Positions 26,917 to 33,235 of a stretch of 46,535 bases of DNA are shown one piece after another. Location: the NCBI GenBank assembly GCA_964562425.1, contig CAZLTJ010000007.1:1-46535 (forward strand), in the 5' to 3' direction. A program made the position numbers and the translations under genes. Below the pieces are notes generated by a model. That model was not told the origin of the DNA and ran no database searches. It saw only the letters and a list, made by a program, of their open reading frames with translations. This stretch comes from an uncultured bacterium. GTDB taxonomy: Bacteria; UBP14; UBA6098; B30-G16. Within the stretch, counting starts at the first letter, position 1; the number at the start of each line of letters is the position of its first letter.

Positions 26917-27753
26917 TCATCCTTTCCTTAATTCATCAAGTAGTTTAATTGTCGCTTCGGCTTCATGCAATTTAAACTTGCCCTCATTAATAATAGCTTC
27001 GTAATTTTGAATATGCAGATCGTTATCCGATAGGTCGAGCAATTGGCCGTTGATAAGAAAATCCCTCCTGATCTTTCCTTCGCTGCTTTTAATTCCGTGT
27101 TTATCGACCGTTGAACTGGCAATTGATAGAGACCAAGCCGCCCTCGCATAATCAAAAGACGATACGCCCTCTATATGACCATGGCCTAAAGCCGCGCCCG
27201 TACTATCAATAAACGACCCTTTGTGATTACCAAACATATACAGAAGCAAATCGAATAAATGTATCCCGATATTAGAAAGCAAGCCGCCCGATTTGACGAC
27301 ATCGCCCTTCCAGCTTTTAGAATACCAATCTCCACGCGGAGTCCTATATACGATTTCAACAATATTTTTTGCATCGCGCTTGAAGTTTACTATCTCGGGA
27401 TGTAGACGTAATTGACTTATGAAACGAATGTGACTTTTAGCTAAATATAACCTGTTAAAATCGTACATGCTTAAGACAAGCGGCTTTTCGCAGATGACAT
27501 ATTTTGATCGTGAAAGTAAACAATGCTGAAAATGTAAATGGTTCGGCGTACAGATGACCGTATAATCGCAATCGGCCGTCCACCGGAAAAACTCTGTCTC
27601 GCAGGTAGTGAATTTAATTCCCCTATCAAAACTATCAAGCCAGCCAACATTTGTCGAGATATCACAAGCATATTTGACCGTATGTCCCAGGTCGTAAATG
27701 ACTTTAACATGACGCGGTGCAATGTAACCTAATCCTATAATTGCAAATTTCAT
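26917..27753 (-). CDS. Gfo/Idh/MocA-family NAD(P)-dependent sugar oxidoreductase
   Basis: 278 aa. N-terminal Rossmann motif MKFAIIGLGYIAPRH and the family EKP motif (VICEKPL). ATGA overlap with the upstream kinase-like gene. Confidence 0.7.
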   Translation of the reverse strand: MKFAIIGLGYIAPRHVKVIYDLGHTVKYACDISTNVGWLDSFDRGIKFTTCETEFFRWTADCDYTVICTPNHLHFQHCLLSRSKYVICEKPLVLSMYDFNRLYLAKSHIRFISQLRLHPEIVNFKRDAKNIVEIVYRTPRGDWYSKSWKGDVVKSGGLLSNIGIHLFDLLLYMFGNHKGSFIDSTGAALGHGHIEGVSSFDYARAAWSLSIASSTVDKHGIKSSEGKIRRDFLINGQLLDLSDNDLHIQNYEAIINEGKFKLHEAEATIKLLDELRKG

Positions 27754-28142
27754 AATTTAGGCTCCGGGGATTGTAAATCATGTCCGAAATAATAAACCCC
27801 GTCTTCATATTCATAAGGATATTCCGGGTGAACTTTCCCGCCACTAAGATAAATAAATACGCAGCCTGTTATTTCCTGTATTGCTTTTCTGGTTTTCTTA
27901 TATGGCGCTATGACCGAGACAATCACATCAACGCCTTGAGAGTCAATCAGCTTTGCGATTTTGGCAATTCTCAAGTTATGGTTGTGTCTATTGTCTTCAG
28001 AAAATCCCGTTGGATAAATATCCCGAATTGCATCGCCATCCAAAAGAACAGCACTCTTGCCGAATTTTCTTAGCTGACCTTGCATCTGAAGACCAAGGGA
28101 AGTTTTGCCACTTTCACTTTGCCCTGTAATCCATATTATCAC
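27750..28142 (-). CDS. adenylylsulfate (APS) kinase-like P-loop kinase, short form
   Basis: 130 aa. Aligns by eye with E. coli CysC over about 95 residues: P-loop WITGQSESGKTS, LLDGDAIR, GFSEDNRHNHNLR and VIAPYKKTR. Lacks the CysC C-terminal lid (KGLYKKAR). GTG start with GGAGG 7 nt upstream. Confidence 0.6.
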   Translation of the reverse strand: MIIWITGQSESGKTSLGLQMQGQLRKFGKSAVLLDGDAIRDIYPTGFSEDNRHNHNLRIAKIAKLIDSQGVDVIVSVIAPYKKTRKAIQEITGCVFIYLSGGKVHPEYPYEYEDGVYYFGHDLQSPEPKL

Positions 28143-28258
28143 TTCTGTTCCTCCGGTATAACCAATGAATCAGACATCATCTTATCGTATTTAAGTATGT
28201 CTTTTGTGTCAGACTTACCTCCGCAGCCAAGGAGAAGTAAGAGAATTAAGTATTTCAT
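28139..28258 (-). CDS. small lipoprotein (39 aa)
   Basis: Not in the ORF track. Hand translation: MKYLILLLLLGCGGKSDTKDILKYDKMMSDSLVIPEEQK. Classical lipobox LLGC. The ATG overlaps the upstream stop (ATGA) and the stop overlaps the downstream GTG start (GTGA). Confidence 0.5.
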   Translation of the reverse strand: MKYLILLLLLGCGGKSDTKDILKYDKMMSDSLVIPEEQK

Positions 28259-28836
28259 TTCAGAGCACCCCATTGTTCGGCCATAGCATCAGCCGGGCCT
28301 TGATAAGTGATTGACCTCAATTTACCCCTGTCCTCGGATGGAGGCATTCTGTGTATTCTGGCCTCACGCCCGGAAACTATATTAGTGGGGTTCAAGGGCG
28401 GTAGGTTTTGCAGCCATAAACAAGTGGCCTTAGTTTCCCCGTGTCCGAATTGCCACGGCTGGATTAACTGGTTGTGTTTTCTGCCTATAACCTTTACCGC
28501 GTATTTGTGCATTATTGGGTTTTCGACTGCAATTTTATCAACCGGAGCATCCATCATAGCTTTAAAAAATAGGGCGGCTTGATACATTTTATTCCACCGG
28601 TCCTCATTGTCTTTCAGCCAGCGCACCCCCGAATTACATAGATAAGTACAGTCAGGATGAGCAATGAGCATATCCCATCCATCATAAAGCCAATGAAATA
28701 CGTTCCCTTGGTAATGGAATCCGGCCTCTTTCTTGGATTCGGTCGGCCTGAAATCACATGACCAGGCGTCATGTCCTCTCGCCCTGAACGCATCCCTAAC
28801 GATACCGGAGAACTCACAAGCTACCAAAACTTTCAT
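28255..28836 (-). CDS. short C5-cytosine methyltransferase-like protein
   Basis: 193 aa. Motif I-like VACEFSG, a motif IV-like Cys (HPDCTYLCNSG) and motif VI-like AVENPIM. No obvious target-recognition domain. Visibly more GC-rich than its neighbours. Confidence 0.45.
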   Translation of the reverse strand: MKVLVACEFSGIVRDAFRARGHDAWSCDFRPTESKKEAGFHYQGNVFHWLYDGWDMLIAHPDCTYLCNSGVRWLKDNEDRWNKMYQAALFFKAMMDAPVDKIAVENPIMHKYAVKVIGRKHNQLIQPWQFGHGETKATCLWLQNLPPLNPTNIVSGREARIHRMPPSEDRGKLRSITYQGPADAMAEQWGALK

Positions 28837-28862
28837 CTCTCTCCTATTGTTAAATTAATCCA

Positions 28863-29339
28863 TCATCCCCATTTCAGGCGGTTCCTTGCCTCTTTATCAA
28901 TACGACACACACTTGAATGGCCCGTATCTGTATTTGGTTGCCATTTATCAAGGTCACAATTACATTGCATTTTTGATTCCAACTCCTTGACTATTTTTTT
29001 TATCTTTTCCATACCACACCTCCTAAATTCTCGAATATCTTCAACCAAATCATTGCAGGAGTCGTATAAATTGCGATTACCTTCGGTATTGTCCCAAGCA
29101 TGTAAAAATTTGGTGATTTTAGTCTTTAATGATTGAGGTACGTCGGATTGTGTTTCAGTTGGATTAATAGCATATTCCACTTTGGCATCTTTTGGATAAT
29201 AAGCTATTACGTTTAAGCGTAAATTACCATTAAGTTCGTCTGCTTTTATTTTTGCTGTGGGTGGTAGACCATATATATTAATCATTCTTTCTTTGTCATT
29301 TGCTTTACCATCAGAAATAGTTACGATAATTTTTTCCAT
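28863..29339 (-). CDS. hypothetical protein
   Basis: 158-aa ORF. Its start overlaps the upstream stop by 1 nt. Cys-containing C-terminal region. Confidence 0.4.
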   Translation of the reverse strand: MEKIIVTISDGKANDKERMINIYGLPPTAKIKADELNGNLRLNVIAYYPKDAKVEYAINPTETQSDVPQSLKTKITKFLHAWDNTEGNRNLYDSCNDLVEDIREFRRCGMEKIKKIVKELESKMQCNCDLDKWQPNTDTGHSSVCRIDKEARNRLKWG

Positions 29340-29659
29340 TATCCATTCTCCTTTAGGTTATCCTGCCGACCTGAACCCTTGCAAGTTGGACATAACATTC
29401 TGTCGCTTTTACTACCACCCTTTGTATTTGGTACGTCTCTGCGTCCACCACATTCGCATGGTTCTCTCTTTTGGGATTTAGACTGTTCACTTGGTAGGTC
29501 GGACACAAATGTTACATATACCACCGGTTTGTCATTTACTACATCATAATTACTATAAATCCAACCACCTGGAACACGAGTAACCGTTTTTGAAATTTCA
29601 GAAACCCATAATTGTTCATATAGTTTTAAATCATAAATTGTCTTTTTCAATTCAGCCAT
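29339..29659 (-). CDS. small protein with C-terminal DnaJ-type zinc knuckle
   Basis: 106 aa, ending in CECGG...MLCPTCKGSGRQDN. Its start lies within junction cassette copy 1. Confidence 0.45.
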   Translation of the reverse strand: MAELKKTIYDLKLYEQLWVSEISKTVTRVPGGWIYSNYDVVNDKPVVYVTFVSDLPSEQSKSQKREPCECGGRRDVPNTKGGSKSDRMLCPTCKGSGRQDNLKENG

Positions 29660-30035
29660 TATCTACCTCCCTTTCAGGTAATGTACCCTTTAGCTCATCA
29701 ATATCAGTGTTGCCAAATGGTTTCTGTTCAGGGCATTGTTGTAATTTATCAAACTCTTTTTGTGTTTCAGATACATCTTGAACCTCTGATAATTCATTTA
29801 AAGATTCTTTAACGGTTTCGGTTATGGTTGGCAGTTCAGGGCATTGGTCTGGTAATGTACCACTGACTCTGGTGTTCCATGAATCTTTCAAGATATTATA
29901 AGACAATCTAACTGCCTCTAGCATACTGTCAAGATATTCCAATGCGTGTCCATTTGTTACCTGTCTACTCATCGTTTTCATTATTGTATCTTTAAGACCG
30001 TCAATATCAATTATACATGGTTTTAAATCTTCCAT
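29652..30035 (-). CDS. hypothetical protein with GTLP / CPE(L/Q) repeat modules
   Basis: 127 aa containing GTLPDQCPELPTI, QQCPEQKPFGN and a C-terminal KGTLPEREVDNG tail. These are encoded by the short DNA repeats shared with neighbouring genes. Confidence 0.45.
   Translation of the reverse strand: MEDLKPCIIDIDGLKDTIMKTMSRQVTNGHALEYLDSMLEAVRLSYNILKDSWNTRVSGTLPDQCPELPTITETVKESLNELSEVQDVSETQKEFDKLQQCPEQKPFGNTDIDELKGTLPEREVDNG
29655..29690 (-). repeat. gene-junction cassette, copy 1
   Basis: Plus strand gccattatctacctccctttcaggtaatgtaccctt. On the coding strand it encodes the GTLPEREVDNG tail, a GGGAGG SD and the next ATG. 35/36 nt identical to copy 3. Confidence 0.8.
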
Positions 30036-30070
30036 CCTCTATCCCTCCCTTTTAGGTAATGTACCCGTAC
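30032..30070 (-). repeat. gene-junction cassette, copy 2 (diverged)
   Basis: Plus strand ccatcctctatccctcccttttaggtaatgtacccgtac. Encodes the GTGTLPKREG tail, an SD and the next ATG. Confidence 0.6.
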
Positions 30071-30446
30071 CGTTGCACTGCCACTTATTATTACAATGCC
30101 TTTCAAAGCACTCCCACGTATTGCCATAGGGGTTCTTAATCCATGTTGAATTACATTCAGGGCAGTGTGTGGGTTTCTGTTCAGGGCATTGGTCTGGTAA
30201 TGTAGGTAAAGGCTCATAAGTCATTTCAAAGATGTCTGGTTTGCATGGATAGTATTCACCTTTTACCCCTCTGATAATCCAATCTCCTGACTCTGCCTGC
30301 ATAGAACCCTCAAGCGTATCAATGAATAAGTACCGCCCCTTTACCCTGATTGACGATATGAGTTTCATGTTCTCAACGCACTGTGGGTCATCTGGATTCC
30401 ACTGGTCTGCATCAATCTCAACTGGTTTCTTTATATATCTTGCCAT
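30039..30446 (-). CDS. hypothetical phage protein (KKPV...YPCKPDIFE domain) with Cys-rich tail
   Basis: The track ORF runs to 30527. I prefer the ATG at 30446 (MARYIKKPVEIDA...) because GGAGGAG lies 7 nt upstream and it sits 4 nt after the upstream stop. The C-terminus ends in HCPEC...CNGTGTLPKREG. Confidence 0.5.
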   Translation of the reverse strand: MARYIKKPVEIDADQWNPDDPQCVENMKLISSIRVKGRYLFIDTLEGSMQAESGDWIIRGVKGEYYPCKPDIFEMTYEPLPTLPDQCPEQKPTHCPECNSTWIKNPYGNTWECFERHCNNKWQCNGTGTLPKREG

Positions 30447-30450
30447 CTGT

Positions 30451-30942
30451 TTACTCCTCCTCTGGTAATGTAGGTAAAGGCATCCAGTGGGTGACCTCCC
30501 AACCATCATCTTTATCAGTATCACCACACCAATCTACCCAATATTTTTGGGTCGAGTCATAGTAGGCTTGAAAATGAACAATCTTTCCGCAAGTTTTAAC
30601 TTTGACTAATTTCCCTATTTTGTTTTCCGGCAATCTATCTTTAACGCTTATCCATTCAGGCCGTTCCAGCCCAGCCTGTACAGCCAAGAGGAATGTCAAT
30701 TCAGCTTCTGCGTTTCTAATTGTTGTACCATACATACCGTTTGGCTTTTCCCACAACCATGCAAGACACTTTTCAAGATTTCCCATGGATGGGATCTTTG
30801 GCTTATCAGGGGTGCAGGATTTGAGTTTTTTTTCTAAAAAATCTACATAATCAGGATTTGCAAGTTCTCTGCCTATCTCCTGCTTGGTTATTTTCCACCA
30901 TATTTCACGCCCGAACTCTTTACGCAATTCTGATACTGTCAT
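30451..30942 (-). CDS. DUF551-domain protein
   Basis: 163 aa. C-terminal DUF551 signature WISVKDRLPE ... VTHWMPLPTLPE. Confidence 0.6.
   Translation of the reverse strand: MTVSELRKEFGREIWWKITKQEIGRELANPDYVDFLEKKLKSCTPDKPKIPSMGNLEKCLAWLWEKPNGMYGTTIRNAEAELTFLLAVQAGLERPEWISVKDRLPENKIGKLVKVKTCGKIVHFQAYYDSTQKYWVDWCGDTDKDDGWEVTHWMPLPTLPEEE
30625..30684 (-). repeat. 60-nt block identical to 31627-31686
   Basis: ttccggcaatctatctttaacgcttatccattcaggccgttccagcccagcctgtacagc occurs verbatim in both DUF551 genes. It encodes AVQAGLERPEWISVKDRLPE. Confidence 0.9.
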
Positions 30943-30959
30943 TTATTTTCTCCTTGATT

Positions 30960-31022
30960 TTAGCCATTATCTACCTCGCTTTCAGGTAATGTACCCTTAC
31001 CGCTGCATTTTAAACAGGTCAT
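30960..31022 (-). other. 20-codon mini-ORF / junction-cassette remnant
   Basis: Hand translation MTCLKCSGKGTLPESEVDNG reproduces only the CxxCxGxG-TLPE tail seen at the ends of neighbouring genes. It is followed by a decayed start (ATGGCTAA) where cassette copy 1 has ATGGCTGAA. Confidence 0.3.
30963..31000 (-). repeat. gene-junction cassette, copy 3
   Basis: Plus strand gccattatctacctcgctttcaggtaatgtacccttac. Lies in the gap between two genes and terminates the 20-codon mini-ORF. Confidence 0.8.
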
Positions 31023-31026
31023 TAAT

Positions 31027-31233
31027 TTAATACCCTTCCTCAGGGCATTTATCCCCCTTGCTGGATAATAGCGGATATGTTTCTTTACATTTACAACATA
31101 CTAATTTATCAAATTCAGGTTGAAAAATTTCAAAAACATGTTCGCATGAAGTTTTTAATGAATTAAATTTCTTTTGCGAGGGCTTTGTTGCATTATTAAT
31201 AAACCACCGCCAGCTTATTAATTTTTTTTTCAT
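31027..31233 (-). CDS. small Cys-rich hypothetical protein
   Basis: 68 aa with CEH...CCKCK...CPE. Has an A9 run right after the ATG. Confidence 0.4.
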   Translation of the reverse strand: MKKKLISWRWFINNATKPSQKKFNSLKTSCEHVFEIFQPEFDKLVCCKCKETYPLLSSKGDKCPEEGY

Positions 31234-31288
31234 ACTATTCTCCGTTCAGGTTCTTTCTTTTGGGATTCGGTGGAAATGGGTAATCTTT

Positions 31289-31486
31289 TCAGCAAAACCC
31301 ATTAATTTCTTTTTTTAATAATTTAATTTCATTTTTAAGCCGTTCAATTACCCTCTGCTGTTTTCGTATTTTACGATTGGATGTGACCAATTCAGTTCGC
31401 CATTCAAATGCCTGTGCTTTCCATAAATTAGCCTGTGTCCTATATGCAGGTGGTAAGTCTAAATCGGTCATTGGTTTGTTGTCCAT
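31289..31486 (-). CDS. hypothetical coiled-coil protein
   Basis: 65-aa ORF. The ATG overlaps the upstream stop (TAATG) within junction cassette copy 4. Confidence 0.4.
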   Translation of the reverse strand: MDNKPMTDLDLPPAYRTQANLWKAQAFEWRTELVTSNRKIRKQQRVIERLKNEIKLLKKEINGFC

Positions 31487-31536
31487 TACTCCCCCTCGCT
31501 TTCAGGTAATGTAGGTAAAGGCATCCAGTGGGTGAC
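31483..31536 (-). repeat. gene-junction cassette, copy 4, merged with the DUF551 3' block
   Basis: Plus strand ccattactccccctcgctttcaggtaatgtaggtaaaggcatccagtgggtgac. Its last 32 nt are identical to 30464-30495. Confidence 0.8.
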
Positions 31537-31983
31537 ACCGTTTAAATCAAATTCCCCAAGCCCGCTAAAATAATAATCCGTTGTAATGATGCCGTCCTGT
31601 CGTGCCACAATATAGTCGGCGCGTTCTTCCGGCAATCTATCTTTAACGCTTATCCATTCAGGCCGTTCCAGCCCAGCCTGTACAGCAATCTTAATCAAAT
31701 CATATATTTTTTCAATAGCATCTCTAGAGGCTTTTTCAACACCATATTCTACAAGATAATGACCACCATCTCTATGCAGTATGGCAAGTATTTCTTGCAG
31801 CCAATGTTTATAATTTCCAGGTTCCTTTGGCTTATCAGGGGTGCGGGTGTTCCATTTCTCAAATGAGTGAAATGTCTCGCTTAAAATACAACCTGATGGT
31901 GGATGCCACACCAATTTTTTTTTGTTTGAATAACCAGGTAAAATTCCACAAAACGGACACGGTTTCAATTCTGATACTGTCAT
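31486..31983 (-). CDS. Lar-like (restriction alleviation family) N-terminal domain fused to DUF551
   Basis: 165 aa. The N-terminal LKPCPFCG ... EKWNTR matches the Lar-family signature, but the second Cys pair is degenerate. The C-terminus has DUF551 (WISVKDRLPE ... VTHWMPLPTLPE). Confidence 0.55.
   Translation of the reverse strand: MTVSELKPCPFCGILPGYSNKKKLVWHPPSGCILSETFHSFEKWNTRTPDKPKEPGNYKHWLQEILAILHRDGGHYLVEYGVEKASRDAIEKIYDLIKIAVQAGLERPEWISVKDRLPEERADYIVARQDGIITTDYYFSGLGEFDLNGVTHWMPLPTLPESEGE
31627..31686 (-). repeat. 60-nt block identical to 30625-30684
   Basis: Second copy of the same 60-mer, checked base by base. Confidence 0.9.
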
Positions 31984-32000
31984 ATTATCTAGCCCCCTCC

Positions 32001-32225
32001 TTAAATCTGTTTAAAATATTTTACTTTATAGTCCTGTACTTCAAATTCTATCCCGCCATACCAATATGTATCATAGGATATTTCAACCTTTACCTTGTTC
32101 TGTGACAGCGTTGTATTGATTTCGTTAATTCCACTGACAAGTTTTTTAAGTTTCTTTATCAGCTTATCAACTTCGTTGTGATCTAATATTTTATGTCCAG
32201 GCTTTTTGATTATTTGTTTTGCCAT
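32001..32225 (-). CDS. hypothetical protein
   Basis: 74-aa ORF overlapping the end of the upstream ORF. Confidence 0.35.
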   Translation of the reverse strand: MAKQIIKKPGHKILDHNEVDKLIKKLKKLVSGINEINTTLSQNKVKVEISYDTYWYGGIEFEVQDYKVKYFKQI

Positions 32226-32439
32226 TTAGTCCGTGCCTTTCTGCGTTTTCATATACATTTATAGTTAAAAAATCTGGAATAGTTTGGCGCTGCGTACTGA
32301 TATGTATATCCCCATTATCTCTCCATCTGATATGTATTTTATTTGGTTTTCGTATTCGTATCTTTTCTCTTATATATAAAGTCCATCCTGTAAATAATAA
32401 TATTGTCAAGATGGCGGCCATCATCTTATATATTTCCAA
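32191..32439 (-). CDS. small membrane protein
   Basis: 82 aa with an N-terminal hydrophobic helix (MMAAILTILLFTGWTLYI) followed by a basic stretch. Confidence 0.4.
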   Translation of the reverse strand: MEIYKMMAAILTILLFTGWTLYIREKIRIRKPNKIHIRWRDNGDIHISTQRQTIPDFLTINVYENAERHGLNGKTNNQKAWT

Positions 32440-32548
32440 TCATAATCCATATGAGCGGGAATAATTTCACAATCACTTTTATACCCTGGAACCCATGCCC
32501 TAAATTTTTTAATCATTTAAACATCCTTTCCAATTCAGGTTTATTATT

Positions 32549-33235
32549 TTAGTATAAATTAAAGTCATTTAATATCGTATTCATTGTCCTTGAGTATTGT
32601 CCTGAATGCCACTTTAATATTTTCTCAGTGGGGTTGCGCCCGCTTTGCATCCACCATATAGGGTGGATATTACATTGTACGGATTGCCCTTTTTTAAACC
32701 ACTCGCTTTCAAATGGATTCCCTTCACGGAAAAATCCCCTTGAATCAGAGATATATTTAATGTCCCCAAACCATTGCTTTTTATAAGTATGTTCTATTGT
32801 TGGTGCATAGCTTGAAAAAGATTTTATTGCAGGTTTATGAATTGATATTATCTTTGGGAATATGCAAAATGTTTTAAAAAATATACTGCATTCAGTATAA
32901 CATTCAACTTTAACGTCTTCACCATAGATACCGGGATTAAAATGTAAGCTGATATCATGATGTTTTAATATATTATTAATCAACGTCCTGTTTTCTTCTT
33001 CCAGTATGCTATAAAAAGGTAGTGTCATTATAAAGAAATACGTTGCATCTATCCCGTAAGAATTTTCAAGCAGTGACATTGCGTAAGCATATTGTATGTC
33101 AAAGTCAATATCATGTCTTAATATTACTTGTTTATCTTTACCATGCTCAAAAATCTTGAACGTCTTAAAGACGTAATCATGTTTAATAAAAGTATCTAAG
33201 AAATTATGGTATGTGCCGAACTCATTTGTATTCAT
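32549..33235 (-). CDS. polysaccharide deacetylase-like protein
   Basis: 228 aa. The VILRHDIDFD ... GIDATYFF pattern resembles the divergent polysaccharide deacetylase/carbohydrate esterase families found in surface-glycan clusters. Overlaps the sulfotransferase gene by 14 nt. Confidence 0.4.
   Translation of the reverse strand: MNTNEFGTYHNFLDTFIKHDYVFKTFKIFEHGKDKQVILRHDIDFDIQYAYAMSLLENSYGIDATYFFIMTLPFYSILEEENRTLINNILKHHDISLHFNPGIYGEDVKVECYTECSIFFKTFCIFPKIISIHKPAIKSFSSYAPTIEHTYKKQWFGDIKYISDSRGFFREGNPFESEWFKKGQSVQCNIHPIWWMQSGRNPTEKILKWHSGQYSRTMNTILNDFNLY

Noticed and set aside
30447-30527. N-terminal extensions given by the track for 30039-30527, 41438-41812, 36077-36793, 39271-39531 and 42083-42268.
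   Set aside because: The extensions overlap the preceding gene extensively or start at TTG/GTG without an SD. Internal ATGs with proper SD spacing, and paralog alignment for 36766, give more parsimonious starts.
29655-31536. The short-repeat array as a CRISPR array or a diversity-generating retroelement (TR/VR pair).
   Set aside because: The repeats lie inside or at the ends of ORFs, with irregular spacing and variable length. There are no cas genes and no reverse transcriptase. The shared blocks are identical rather than differing at adenines.
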